A DNA stretch of 63,358 nucleotides, counting the filler, from Olpidium bornovanus S191 (Eukaryota; Fungi; Olpidiomycota), in NCBI GenBank assembly GCA_017911155.1. It is 32 parts of 32 records of this genome, joined end to end, with 100 filler letters (N's around TTAATTAATTAA, not from the genome) between each part and the next. Parts side by side here need not be neighbours in the genome. Positions count along the whole stretch, not along the records: positions 1 to 1,938 come from JAEFCI010001446.1; positions 2,039 to 3,764 come from JAEFCI010006741.1; positions 3,865 to 5,454 come from JAEFCI010000721.1; positions 5,555 to 7,302 come from JAEFCI010006323.1; positions 7,403 to 8,634 come from JAEFCI010003907.1; positions 8,735 to 9,966 come from JAEFCI010005952.1; positions 10,067 to 11,346 come from JAEFCI010008644.1; 25 more parts are not named here. One strand, written 5' to 3'. Numbering within the stretch: position 1 is the stretch's first letter; the number at the start of each line of letters is the position of its first letter. Made by a program: the position numbers and the translations under genes. Positions 1 through 11,346 of this stretch are shown here, in pieces. Under the pieces are notes generated by a model. The model had not been told where the DNA came from, did not search any database, and was given only the letters and a program-made list of their open reading frames with translations.

Positions 1-790
1 CATCTTCGGACCGCCTTGCGGGCGTCGGCAAAGGCGCCGTCGTCGTTTCTAATGCCCTAGGGACCTGTTGTCGTCCTGGGGGGTAACACACATTGGGGGA
101 CGCCCGGATCGCCCTTCATGGGCTCGCAGAGAGCTGAGCGAGGGCGGCGGAAGGGCAACGGCCGCGAGGAGAGCCGAAAGAGAGTGCGCTCGAGTAGGGC
201 TGGCGAGAGTGCTGGGAGGGTTGGGGCAAAGGACCTCACGGAGAGATACCGTTAGCGTTTTCGTGTCCCGTAATAGTCCGTCTCTGTTTCTCCCTTCATT
301 TTCTTTATTTCTCAGAGTGCGGGAGTGGCGGTGTGCAGGGAGGAAGGAAGGGGGGGGGAAACCGTTGTCATCTCCCGCCAGCACCAAAGAATCGATTCCC
401 TGAAATCTCAAATGAAATCTGGGAAACATTTTGTGTCATCAACACAGACAACCCGTTCGGCCTGCAGGCCGTATTTTTTCCGGTATAAGGGGACACCGGG
501 GGGGAGCGGACAATGTTGAAACGCCAGGGAGCAATCTCGATCCCGAGCGCGTCGTGTCTGGAAGGATCTAACGCCCCGGACGCGCGCCGCAAAGTCCCGG
601 CGGGGGCAAAGGGTTGTTTCAAAACGATTCTCGGTTCTCTTTTTTTTTTTTTTTTTTTGTTTTTCGCCTTTTTCCCGGGGGCCCCCCGCCAGCCTTTCGT
701 TTTTCTCCCCAGCAAAAAAAACGCCCCCCCACGCCCCGCCCCCTGTCCCCGATGCGATGCTTTTAGTCGTCAGATCAAACCAAACGTCCC

Positions 791-1922
791 TCACGCTCGG
801 AACGACCGCCGCAGTTCATTGAAGGCTCGGCCGCACTTGTGCCCGTGGCGCTCGTTCCGGTGGCACTCGTAGCAGCACTCGACGTTCGCGAACCAGGGGT
901 CGCGCTTGATGTCGTGGGCGGTCCACCGCCTCTCGGGGTCCGGGTCCAGCATCCGGAAGAGAACGCGGGCTGCGTCTTGAGACAGCCGCAAGAAGAGCTC
1001 TAGGTTCGGTTTTCCCCGCTTTTCGGATACCGGGATTTTCGGAGGCTCTTGCTGCTGCTGCTGCTGCTGCTGGCGGTGGTGTTGCTGTTGCTGCAGCTCT
1101 TGTTCCTGGTGGGTTTCGCGGTTCTCCGCAGCGCGCACGCCTTCTGTCGCCTGGACGACGTCCACACCGCCGGGAGCGGCCAACCCGGCCCCGGAACTCC
1201 CTGTCCATCGGTTAGTCGATTAGTATTAGCGTCCCTGTCATGGGACGTGCCAGGTGAGACGAACCGTTGGCTGCGGCAGCGTCCGGTGCTCCGGTTTCTG
1301 CTGCGGCGGCGCCGAATCCTTCGGCATCCGCCGGCGAGGCGCCCACAGGAGCCTGGTCTGGCGAATGTTGCGCGGCCCTTCTAGATTCCAGGTAAAATGC
1401 AAACCGCGCGTCGGCAGTTTCCGCCCTGTGCCAGGGGATGGCGCGGTAAACCAACGTGTAGTACACAATGCCGGCTGCCCAGATGTCCACAGGGCTCGCC
1501 AAATAGTCTGAAGAGACGAACTCCTCCGCCGCAATATAAGGCTCTGTTACGGGAGCGGACACGAGAAATTCTGCATAGCGTTATCTCGAAACCCGTGCCG
1601 ACAGACGCCGTCGCGCAATCCAAATTCGGAACTCTCCCTCTGCACGCTTGCTCCCGGGGCGCTCTGCACCAACCAGATCCGCAGAGCCCTGTACTCCTTC
1701 GTGATTCCTTTGAAAACGCTGTCCTTACAACGCAGTTCCCGGCACATAGAGAGACGGCGTCAGACAGATTGCCATTCACGCGTCGCAACAGGCCGAGCAC
1801 GGTTTTTCACGGAAACGCATGTGACGAAATCGGCATACTTGAAGACTTCGCTGATCCCGAAATCTGCTATTTTTAGTATGTGGCCCGACGCGTCAAGGAG
1901 GAGGTTTTCGGGCTTTATATCT
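791..1922 (-). CDS. HAL/NPR-family Ser/Thr protein kinase, C-terminal part, spliced, 5' truncated
   Basis: Spliced motifs RDIKPENLLL..KIADFGISEVFK, GLCGS|EPYIAAEEF, VDIWAAGIVYYTL and RMLDPDPERRWTAHDI; introns with GTATGC/GTTGGT/GTTCGT donors and a CTAAC..CAG acceptor restore the frame. Confidence 0.85.
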
Positions 1923-2038
1923 CTGCACCTTTGCCGGGNNNNNNNNNNNNNNNNNNNNNNNNNNNNNNNNNNNNNNNNNNNNTTAATTAATTAANNNNNN
2001 NNNNNNNNNNNNNNNNNNNNNNNNNNNNNNNNNNNNNN

Positions 2039-2074
<36 letters not shown>

Positions 2075-2198
2075 AAAAAAAAAAAAACCCCGCAAGACGC
2101 GCGCGCAACACCTCCCTCCCTCCCCCGCCCTCTTTCCTCCCCTTTTTTTCCTTTACTTTACGCTGACCGCAAAAGAAAAAAAAAAAAAAAAAAAAAAA

Positions 2199-3426
2199 AT
2201 GGCCCCGAACGACTTCGACGACGACAACGAGTTTGACGTCGGCGGCCTGGGCCGCGCGGGGTCCGGCGGCCCGGACATCTACGGGGACGGCCTCGACTTC
2301 GGCGTCGACGACGGCCTCCCGGACTTCCCGCCGCCGCCGCCGCTCCACCACCAGCAGCCCTCTTCCTACCAGGACCACCACCACCACGACCATCACCAAC
2401 CTCGCCACCACCAACACCAGCAGCACCACCAGCAGAACCGGGACCTGCACCACCAGCAGCAGCGCCAGCCGGCGGCGCACCCGCAGCAGCAGTCGCGGTC
2501 GCACCACGCCGGCCAGCAGCACCAACAGACCGCCGCGCACGTCCCCTCGTCCCGCGGCGCCGACCGCGGGATGTACCACATGGTGCACGCGCTGCCGCCC
2601 AAACCCGAGGTCGTCATGAGGGCGGACCCGGCGGACCACGCGGCCGGCCTGCCCGCGGCGGAGGCGGCGGCGCGCTCCGCCCCGCGGGAGGTAAAGCGGG
2701 AAGACGCTGGGTAAGCTGTGCGGGCGAACAAAGCGTTCAGGGAACAAAAAAAAGCATAATGGGCTCGTTCTTCTTTCCTGGTCCGGTTTGGGCGCGAACG
2801 AAAAATTGCTTTCGGCCGCAAAAACCAAAAACCAAAAAAAAAAAAAAAAAAAAAAAAGAAAAACAGGTTTGTGGGACGGCGAAAATAAGAAATCATGCTG
2901 TCCGCGACAGCTTCCTTTGCCTTTTGAGCTCGCTGTGTGGTTCCCGTTGAAAACCCTGTGTGCGCAGCCCGTCCCGTTTGTTTTTACACCCTCGGGCTTT
3001 TCAAACGTGGACTTGGATGCTGCCGTACGCCCCCCCGCCGTCTATCCCTGACCGGCTTGAACCGCGGGAACGTCCGCGTCGCCGAACTTCTGCACTGAAC
3101 GGCGGCGCTCGCGCATATACCAGCAGCAACGCCTTTGAAAGCATCTCCCTTACAAAATAGCGCCGGCCAGATCCAGCTAGAAAATCACTTGCAGATACCA
3201 TGGAGAAGGAAAACGCTAGCGACGTTTGTTGGTCCTTTACTCTCAAACTCTCCTTCATAAAACTACAAGTGGCGTATGTAGCTAACCTATTTCTGCTAAA
3301 TCTTTTGTTTACACACTCTCTACACGCCACGTACTTGCCTTCTGCTGCAAAAACAAACAAAAACAAAAACACAACACTACCTTAGCAAAATCTTCGTAGG
3401 TGGCTTGAACTGGGAGACTACAGACG
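2199..3426 (+). CDS. HRP1: Hrp1/Musashi/hnRNP A-type RRM protein, first exons (His/Gln-rich N-terminus plus RNP2)
   Basis: Exon 2199-2710 (GG|gtaagc) joins exon 3386-3426 in phase 2 to give EDAGKIFVGGLNWETTD, the Hrp1-type RNP2 signature. Confidence 0.8.
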
Positions 3427-3864
3427 GTAAGAGCGGCTGATGACGGCCGATTCGTGCATTGTACACCTTGTGATCACCGTTCGATGAGGAATTTCCCTTG
3501 GAGACGACACTTGCGTGGGGCGTCTGGGGCCAGGGACGGAGTTACGCCTGATTTATGGGAGTGGTTCGTCGTTTGAAGGCGCTGGCAAGGAGATTCACGT
3601 TTTACGTAAAAATCCGACTTGGATGCAAGGCATTCAGCAGCAGAACCTTTTTGGGATTGGCGGTCGTCCCGGCCGCGCTGTGAAACATAGCGATGTTCTT
3701 GTAGCAAGTGCCCCGTTACGCGGCCTCTCGGGGAGCAAGTCTCCGCTTACATACGCCTTCCGCGNNNNNNNNNNNNNNNNNNNNNNNNNNNNNNNNNNNN
3801 NNNNNNNNTTAATTAATTAANNNNNNNNNNNNNNNNNNNNNNNNNNNNNNNNNNNNNNNNNNNN

Positions 3865-5340
3865 GTCGATCTGCTCCAGCTTCTTTCGGCGGACTTGGAT
3901 CGATACCCGGATCCGGTGAACCTGGCGGCGAAATGGAGTTCGGCGGACCCGGGCCAACAGCCGCCCGCGCCGCCGCAACGGGGGGGGGAAACGGAACAGG
4001 CGCAGTTGTGGAGCATCATCGGCGACGCGGAAGCTAACGGCTTGCTGTTCCTCTGCTCGTACATGCCGCCGGTCCGAAAGCTGGCCATCCGGATGCTGGA
4101 GCTCGCCCTGGAGCTGGCGTCGAAACTGGAGCAGCGGACGACGCGGCCCCGCCACCGGCGGACACTGCTTTCGACGGCCGGCCACGCGGGGGGGGCTGAC
4201 GCGGGCGGCTCGCTCCGCCGCAGGGCGAGGGCGAAGCCGGAAGGATACTCGAGGATCATTAAAGTGATCGAGGGCGAAGGGGCTGCCCTCGTCGACGCCA
4301 ACCTGGCTGACGTTCCCGGCAGCATCAGCCGCCTAGCCGAGCAGCAGCGCGTCACCCAGCAGAAACAGCACCAGCAGCGGCCGGCGGGAGCGGCGCTGAC
4401 GTACATGGCGACATCGGAAGACCTGGCCGACATCGGCGTTTGGTATGCTTGCTTCCCAGAGCTCGTCCGGCTGTGCTTCAAGTACTGCCCGGTGCCGATG
4501 ACCATTTGCCGGCAGTACGTCACGAATAGGATCTTGCGGCTTCACCCCGCCATCGTTTCTGCCGCCGAATCTGGAGGGACGCCGCCGCATCGTCCGGCGA
4601 ACGCGCCGGCTTCCGGAAAGTGGATTTTCAAGCCCGTTCCGACCGGGGACGACTTCGTCGAGCAGTGGAGGGCTTACCTCATCTTCGCGTGCACGACGAT
4701 AACCGTGGCCGACGACGGCGGGGTCGGAGGCCAGGGGGCGCCGTACTCACGAAAAAAGTCCAACGCCGTGGAGAGGGTCGGCTGCGCGCGCGACTTGTTT
4801 CGTGTCGTGCTCCCGCTGCTGTCCTGCGACCACGCGGGCGTCCGCGATGCCATCGTCGCGGCCATCGGACGGGTGAACAAGAACTGCTACCGCGTGCTGC
4901 TCGAGGACATGCACCCGCTGGCGAAGTCGGTGCTCGACGACATGAGGGCCAAGGCCGTCCTGAAGGGCCAAGGGAAGCGCAACAAGCGGATGGACCGGCT
5001 GCGGGGCGAGATCGCGCACATCTACCTGCTGACGGCCGACCTCCTGACCGCGGGGCCTTACTCCACGGACTCCAGCCTGATCTCGATGCTGATGGCGTAC
5101 GTCAAGGAGACGAAGATCTTCCTGTCGGACCCGGAGGTCCAGCTGGAGTGGGACCACCAGCGGCTGCGCCAGCACTTCTGCGGGCTCGTCGAGCGGCTGA
5201 GCGAGTGCGTCTCGCGGCTGCCCGACCCGTCGCAGCTGCTGAGCTTCGAGGCCCGCGTGAGCCTGTTCAAAATGCTCGAGGAGTGGTGCGGGCACGGCCA
5301 ACACGGCTCGACCACCCGCGAGCGCGAGGCCAACATGAGT
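3865..5340 (+). CDS. TAO3: Cell morphogenesis scaffold Tao3/Pag1/Mor2 (Furry family), internal exon; 3' boundary approximate
   Basis: Long open frame with VEQWRAYLIFACTT, LRGEIAHIYLLTA, EWDHQRLRQHFCGLVERL and FEARVSLFKMLEEWCGHG, typical of the MOR2-PAG1 middle region. Confidence 0.85.
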
Positions 5341-5554
5341 GACAGCGGCGTAGCGTCACGGGGTAAAGGGAGGTGGGGAAGAAAGTGGAGGGGAGGGGGG
5401 AAGAATTCGTTCCTTTCCTTTTTGGGGGGGCCCTGGGTAACCACATCCTCACACNNNNNNNNNNNNNNNNNNNNNNNNNNNNNNNNNNNNNNNNNNNNTT
5501 AATTAATTAANNNNNNNNNNNNNNNNNNNNNNNNNNNNNNNNNNNNNNNNNNNN

Positions 5555-6375
5555 CAGCTCGTGGGGGGTCTTGCCGCCGAGCACTCGATGGGGAAGGCGG
5601 TGATACAGGTAAACTGCCGTCATCAGCGCCTCGCCCCAGAAGGCGTCCGGCGCTCCGTGATGTTTGAGAAGAGCCATGGTCTTCTCGGTGAGCGTACAAT
5701 TGATCCGCTCTGCAAGTCCGTTTTGTGATGGCGCGTCCCTGACGGTGAGCTGATGCAGAATCCCCTTTCTGGCGAGGTAGGACTCCCATGCCTCCAAAGT
5801 ATATTCACCACCTCCGTCAGATTGGACCATCTTGATTCGCCCGCCATGTCGCGCCACCGCCGCGGCCCTAAAAAACTTGAACTTGTCTAGGCATTTGCGC
5901 TTCTGACGCATGAGATATATGTGGGCGTATCGAGAATATTTGTTCACAAAGGTAACCGCATAGCGCGCTCCTCCAAGCGAGGGTGATGGGAAACTCAGGA
6001 GATCAAAGTGGATCTTCTCCAGAACATGAGTTGTGACGGGTCCATCCCGGGTCCGCGGTCGGGTTGCCTTTGCTCCCTTGGCGCGGGGGCAAATCGTGCA
6101 CGGTGAGGCCTCGTCACCACCATCGCCGTCACTAAGTCCCAGACGCGGATGTCCAAGACGCGCATGCTGCATCGAGCCTTTGTACCTCGCAGTCGGGTCA
6201 TGGGCCGTGAGGGCTATCGCGCTTGTCTTACCCGCAATCTCATTGACTCCGGGGTGACGAGGGGTGACGTTGAGAACGTAAAGGTTGTTCGGCCGGAGCG
6301 TGCCTGTGGCAAATACTTTGCCGTTCGCTGAGAGGTAGCACCCGTCGCGATTGTTGACGGACCTTCCTTTTTTTG
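5555..6375 (-). mobile_element. Ty1/copia retrotransposon A: GAG-pre-integrase plus integrase core, interrupted by a second element
   Basis: NNLYVL, HARLGH, IHFDLL, SDGGGEY, QNGLAER, FWGEALMTAVYL, KTPHEL; DDE residues present; FVNKYSR replaces the usual FIDDYSR. Confidence 0.93.
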
Positions 6376-6530
6376 TGTTGGTCCCATGACCCTGATTTCG
6401 GGTGACCCCAACCAAGCAGGGCTTCCCAAGCTGCCTTCCATAGTCGCTCTACCATACACAAATAAAAATAAAACAAAAACCTGACCGTACACCACTGTCC
6501 TCTGAGCCGCTCAGCTCAGAGGTTATGAGC
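6376..6530 (+). mobile_element. 5' LTR (~143 bp, TGTTGG...CA) and half-tRNAiMet primer-binding site of copia element B
   Basis: TGTTGG at 6376 sits exactly where the pol frame of element A breaks; AATAAA inside; ends CTCA at 6518; GGTTATGAGC at 6521-6530 is the Ty5/copia-type PBS. Confidence 0.7.
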
Positions 6531-6707
6531 TCAAAGACTCTCTGAGAGACCTCGATTACTCCTCCTTTCCTGTCAAGTACGGGGGCCGGCCGGAAGGCGA
6601 CAGGCTTGAGGAACTCGTTGTTCGGAGCGTACCCTGGTTTTTGTTTACGTGTTTTCTCCGCTCTTCTCTCCTTGACAACGAGCTTAACCTTCGATCTCGG
6701 ATCGACC

Positions 6708-7302
6708 ATGACCGTTAGGAGGAGCCCTTCCCCCCTCGCGCTTGCGGCCAGGGAGGACGCGGCGCGCCTCGGCGGCCGCGGTACAAAGAACTCCCAGCTT
6801 GGCCTTGGCCACGCCTCTGCCTCTCGTGAGAAAGAAAAAGCAGCAGCGGAGTCGGGCGCGTTGTCCGGTCCTGAGAAGCCCGGACCGAAAAGCGCTGTGC
6901 AGCCGACTCCGCTTCCGTCCTCAGCTCCACAAGTCGTGGAACGCCTCGAGCCTCAGGGAACCAGCGCTTCTGGCTCCCCGGCCATCGAGAAGAACACTTC
7001 CGAGTTCATTTCGGCCGAAGAAGTTCGTCGTATGTTCGAGCAGACGCGGCAAGAGCTTGCTCGCAAGGACAACCAAATTGAACAGCTACTCAAAGCACTT
7101 TCGATGCGCGAGGACAAACCGCCGGGCCGTCGCGACCGCAACGACGACCGTGACGAAGACGGGGAAGACCGTCGCCGCTGTGGCCCGTCCCCCGCTGAAA
7201 GTATTGCCTCGGTAGCTTTGAGTTTGGCCACAACTCATGCGAGTCATGCATTGTCCTCCGAAGAGAAGAACATACGGAAGTCACTCATTGCGGCCATTCC
7301 AA
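6708..7302 (+). mobile_element. Probable gag N-terminus of copia element B (3' truncated)
   Basis: Intronless ORF starting ~180 nt after the PBS, with a coiled-coil segment (EEVRRMFEQTRQELARKDNQIEQLL); no diagnostic gag motif is reached. Confidence 0.5.
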
Positions 7303-7402
7303 NNNNNNNNNNNNNNNNNNNNNNNNNNNNNNNNNNNNNNNNNNNNTTAATTAATTAANNNNNNNNNNNNNNNNNNNNNNNNNNNNNNNNNNNNNNNNNN
7401 NN

Positions 7403-8544
7403 CATGGGCTGGGCCGCGATCAAATCCGTTTCAGATATGCCGTCAACCTCTGTTGACTGAACGTAGGTTTTTTATTTTTTTTTATTTTTTATGGTTTTTT
7501 TTTGAAAAAAAGAAGTCAAGCCTCTTTTCGTGTACGGCCTAAAAAAGTGATCTCCCCACTTCCCCCCCTTCGCGCGTTCGTCGAAGCCGCGTGACCAATC
7601 GCCTGGATTATCCGATTTTTGCCGTCGGACCTTGGTGAAGTAAAAGTGCGGGACGTATACGCCGATGAGCGCGTCCAGCTTGTCGTCCGCGATCTTTGTT
7701 CTGTCCTGCACCAAGATGCCTTGATCTGGAGTCCAAAACAGGGATATGACCTGTTGACGAGCAGAAAGTCAGCAGAAAGGAGGAAAAAATAATTCTTGGA
7801 ACGCGTTAAATAATTTGTTTTCCGCTGCTGAGAAAGGCGATGATGAAGGAGCGTCTTCTCTTCGTTTGAATCGCAGATTTCATTATTTTTCTTTTTTTTT
7901 TTATGTTACCTCCGCCTCCACTTTGACCTCGTCTGCGGCAAGTTCTTCTTTCGCAGCGTCGTCGGAGGCGGCGGCGGCGGCGGCAGGCGAGTTGTCGCTT
8001 CCGGGCGAATTTCCCCCGGCCGTCTTCGTCCCCGCTCCGTCGATCCGCCCGCCGCCCGACATCCGAGCCGCCTCGGTCTGGCAGACCAAGAGCCGGGGGT
8101 CGGCGCCGTCCCAGTAATGGCGCAACGGCTTAAGGTAGAACAGTGGGGAGGAGGAGTTACTTTTTTTTGTTTCAATCCCTCCCCTGCCGCGCGCCGCACG
8201 GGGCACTCACGTGCACGTGGAAACCGGAAAAATCAAACATGTTGAGGCTGTCTTTTTCGATATCCAGCACGTAGAGCTGAATCTCCGTCTCAGTGCCGGT
8301 TTGTTCTGTACATGCAACGACAGCGCGTTCACGGACGCGGAAGGAGCGCAATCTAAATAACCACTACCCACTCCTCTCCCCCAAAAACCCGCGCGCGCGC
8401 GCGCGTGTCTGCCGAACTCGTACGTTTGGCGTCCGGAACCGCCAGGAAGCCAATCAGCGTCCCGTTACAATTGGCCTTTGCGGATATAACGGCTCCTTGC
8501 CTCAGGGAACGGACATGAATTTTGAATGATGTTAAAACTCGCAT
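7403..8544 (-). CDS. IFT140: Intraflagellar transport protein 140, internal exons
   Basis: Exons read GAVISAKANCNGTLIGFL, LYVLDIEKDSLNMFDF, PLRHYWDGADPRLLVCQ and SLFWTPDQGILVQD..LIGVYVPHFYFTK, collinear with remembered IFT140 segments (FYDVEMDTVTVFDF, HFWDQSEPRLFVCE, LLGMEVPYYYF). Confidence 0.8.
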
Positions 8545-9671
8545 TAGCCTGGCGCGAGCGGTGTATCTCGTGCAAAGTTGCCCCTCGTTATTTGTCAGGC
8601 ACCACCGTCGCCACTAACTTTTCCACGCTCCGGCNNNNNNNNNNNNNNNNNNNNNNNNNNNNNNNNNNNNNNNNNNNNTTAATTAATTAANNNNNNNNNN
8701 NNNNNNNNNNNNNNNNNNNNNNNNNNNNNNNNNNCCCCTCCCTTTCGACCGCGTCCTCGGAGCCAACCGAGGCCCCGGCCGCCGATGATCCCCCTCGGCG
8801 GGCGACGGTCGGGCGCTGCGTCCTCGGCACGCGCTGACGGGTTGGGTTTCGCGGGGCGCGCCGTTCGTTCGTGCCTGCGTTTGGCGTTCCATTATTTGCC
8901 TACCCGCCGCGGGGCTCCCCGTTTTTCCACTGGGGCGCAAATTATGCGCAACAACACCACCTCCCGAGACGCGAACTTCGTCCCGTCGACAAATCCCGCC
9001 AACACAATCATCCAGATTCTGGGGGGACATCATGCCCCGTTTGACTCAAAGTATCCAACGTTTGGCGGCTCGCTAGCCATCGCTGGATCTGTGTGCCCTT
9101 GTTTCGTGCCGGCCGTAAGGATCGTCGGCTCTCTCCGCGAGCACGCAGTTCAGGTCCTCCGGTCGGTGGTTGCCTCGCCGCAACTCGGGGAACGCATTGA
9201 TTGACCGCTGGTGATGAAGAAACCGTCGACGCCGTGCCCCTTCCATTCCTGGCGTCTCTCTTATGGGGGGGTTTTTTTGCGGGATTCGCGGGAATCCGTT
9301 GGCCCCCCATCCCAAAAAAAGGAACGCCAGCAGCCGTCAAAACCCAACTTAGCTGTAGAGGCTTTGCCGGGGTTTCCCCATCCCTTGCAATCCGCAAACA
9401 AATATGACTTAGATTCTACAAGTTCGAAATAGTAAGCAAACAAAACGAGTTATTGCCCACTCTGCTAATCCCACGCACCTGCGAATTCTGCGGCGTCAAA
9501 AAAACAAAGAAGCCTTTTCTACTTCTTTCCTTCGCATTGTGCTGCTCCAACACGGAGAGCACAGCTTCACGGATAACGTGACCGCCTGATTCCCTGGCGC
9601 GTCTAATGGGGGGCGTCTCTGTGGCTGCGGCGCAGCATAGCAATTGTCCGCAGCCCCAATTTATACTAGAT

Positions 9672-9817
9672 TTATATAACCCTCGGCCCAAATTATGTGT
9701 CCAAGGCCTGAATTATACTATCCGCGGCCGAGTTATGCTGCCCGCGGCCTAATTTAATACTGCCCGCGGCCCAGATTATATTGTCCGCGGTTCGGATTAT
9801 ATTGTCTGCTGGTCGGA
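9672..9817. repeat. Degenerate 20-22 bp tandem array, ~7 units, core TTATAYTGYCCGCGG
   Basis: Units such as ttatactatccgcggccgag, ttatgctgcccgcggcctaat and ttatattgtccgcggttcgga. Confidence 0.7.
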
Positions 9818-10201
9818 TAAGGAATAGAGTCCCCAGTGTACGGGTGGATGTTTTGAAACTCGGACAGGAATGACCTCCAAGAGTTGGGAAAACTGCCAGG
9901 CTTTTCTTTTGGGAAACTGAGCAGGTGTGCGCTTTTCAAAGGTTTCTTTGGCTTGTATCTCGGCGGNNNNNNNNNNNNNNNNNNNNNNNNNNNNNNNNNN
10001 NNNNNNNNNNTTAATTAATTAANNNNNNNNNNNNNNNNNNNNNNNNNNNNNNNNNNNNNNNNNNNNCATGAACAAGGCGCGTGAAGAGCGTGGGTCGGGG
10101 GCGTGGGGCACTGCAAGCCATTCGACCCTAATGTCTAAGGGCCGGGTGTGCGATGTCTGGCGAAAACAGAAACAAAACAAAAAAAACAAAAAAAACAATT
10201 C

Positions 10202-11346
10202 TCAGGATCTCCCGTGTGCCGGCGACAGAGAGGAAACCAAAAGGTCGAAGAGGGCGTCCTGTCCTGTTTTGTAGTCGTCGTAAACGACGTTGACGAGCCA
10301 CCACGTGCGGTGGATTTCGGAAAGCAACTCCCGCGTCGCGGAGCGCGGGGGGTGTATCAGGCTCCACTCGTCCCAGATCGCAAACGCCTCCGTCTTTTCT
10401 TTCCGGAAGAAGACGAAAAAATTCTCAGAAAACGGCGGGTCGTTCCCCTCGTGACGACGGAACACGCAAGGCGCGAAAGTCAATCAGCGGACCTTCCACG
10501 CCATAAATGCCGGTTCGTCGACAATGGTTGGTTGCACAATTTCTTGACCGACGAAGACGCCCCACGTCACAGCGTTCCGCGCGTCCTTCGAAGCGTTTGT
10601 CTCGCATCCGTCGTGCTGGGTCAACAAGCGTCAGGGAACTACGCGGCGGGAAGTTCCTGTACGTCGACCGCCAACGGCTGACCTCCCCTCCCCCCCGCCC
10701 CGCAAGTCTCAGTGACCGCACCCACCTGAAGGCTTCCTGCGTAATAGGTGACCTTTTCGCTCCGCCGAAGCCGGTCGAGGAGTGTCGCAGCACGGTCAGG
10801 CGCGACGAAGAATTCCACAAATGCCTTTTGGTAGACCCAGCCCTGGGTCCCGCGAACACGCGGGCCCCAGCCGACGATGGGGTCGTCGTTGGCCACGCCG
10901 TCGACGGCCGGCTGACTGCCGACCGTGAACAAGTGCATGCGGTTCAGCTCGGCTAGCCTGGCAGCCACGGAGCGTGACTCCGGCAGGAGAGGGTCCGGCG
11001 ACCACGGCAGCGTTCGCAACTCGCATAGGCAGTAGCTCGCAAAGAGGGAGCCCAGGTCGTCCAATGTTTTCGGCGAGCCCCAGATCCGAAGCGCTTCCTT
11101 TGGCTGGCAGCGTGGCAATTTCAACGGTGGACCATACGCCGATTTTACGAAATTGCGTAATGCATGCAGCAAATCTCGAAGGTAACAAGCGGAGTCGAGC
11201 CAGCACCGTTTTAATACGTCAATGACGAACCTCAATGTGGAGTGATACGCCGTAGCCATCAATCTCGCCGAAGGCTAACGGGAACGCAACGTTTACCGGT
11301 CAACAACGCCGTCCGATGGGGTCACCTGCGACCGAACACGCGCATG
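10202..11346 (-). CDS. MET12: Methylenetetrahydrofolate reductase (Met12-like), C-terminal exons
   Basis: [71 protein letters not shown]. Confidence 0.88.

Noticed and set aside
264-372. Possible LTR remnant at the start of contig 1 (AATAAA..ACGGGACA on the minus strand; weak likeness to the 44185-44358 LTR)
   Set aside because: Similarity is limited to short words; no clear PBS, PPT or TSD.
3437-3551. Possible intronic box C/D snoRNA (CTGATGA...CTGA) in HRP1 intron 2
   Set aside because: Imperfect C box, no terminal stem, and no rRNA guide I can recognise; would need snoscan.
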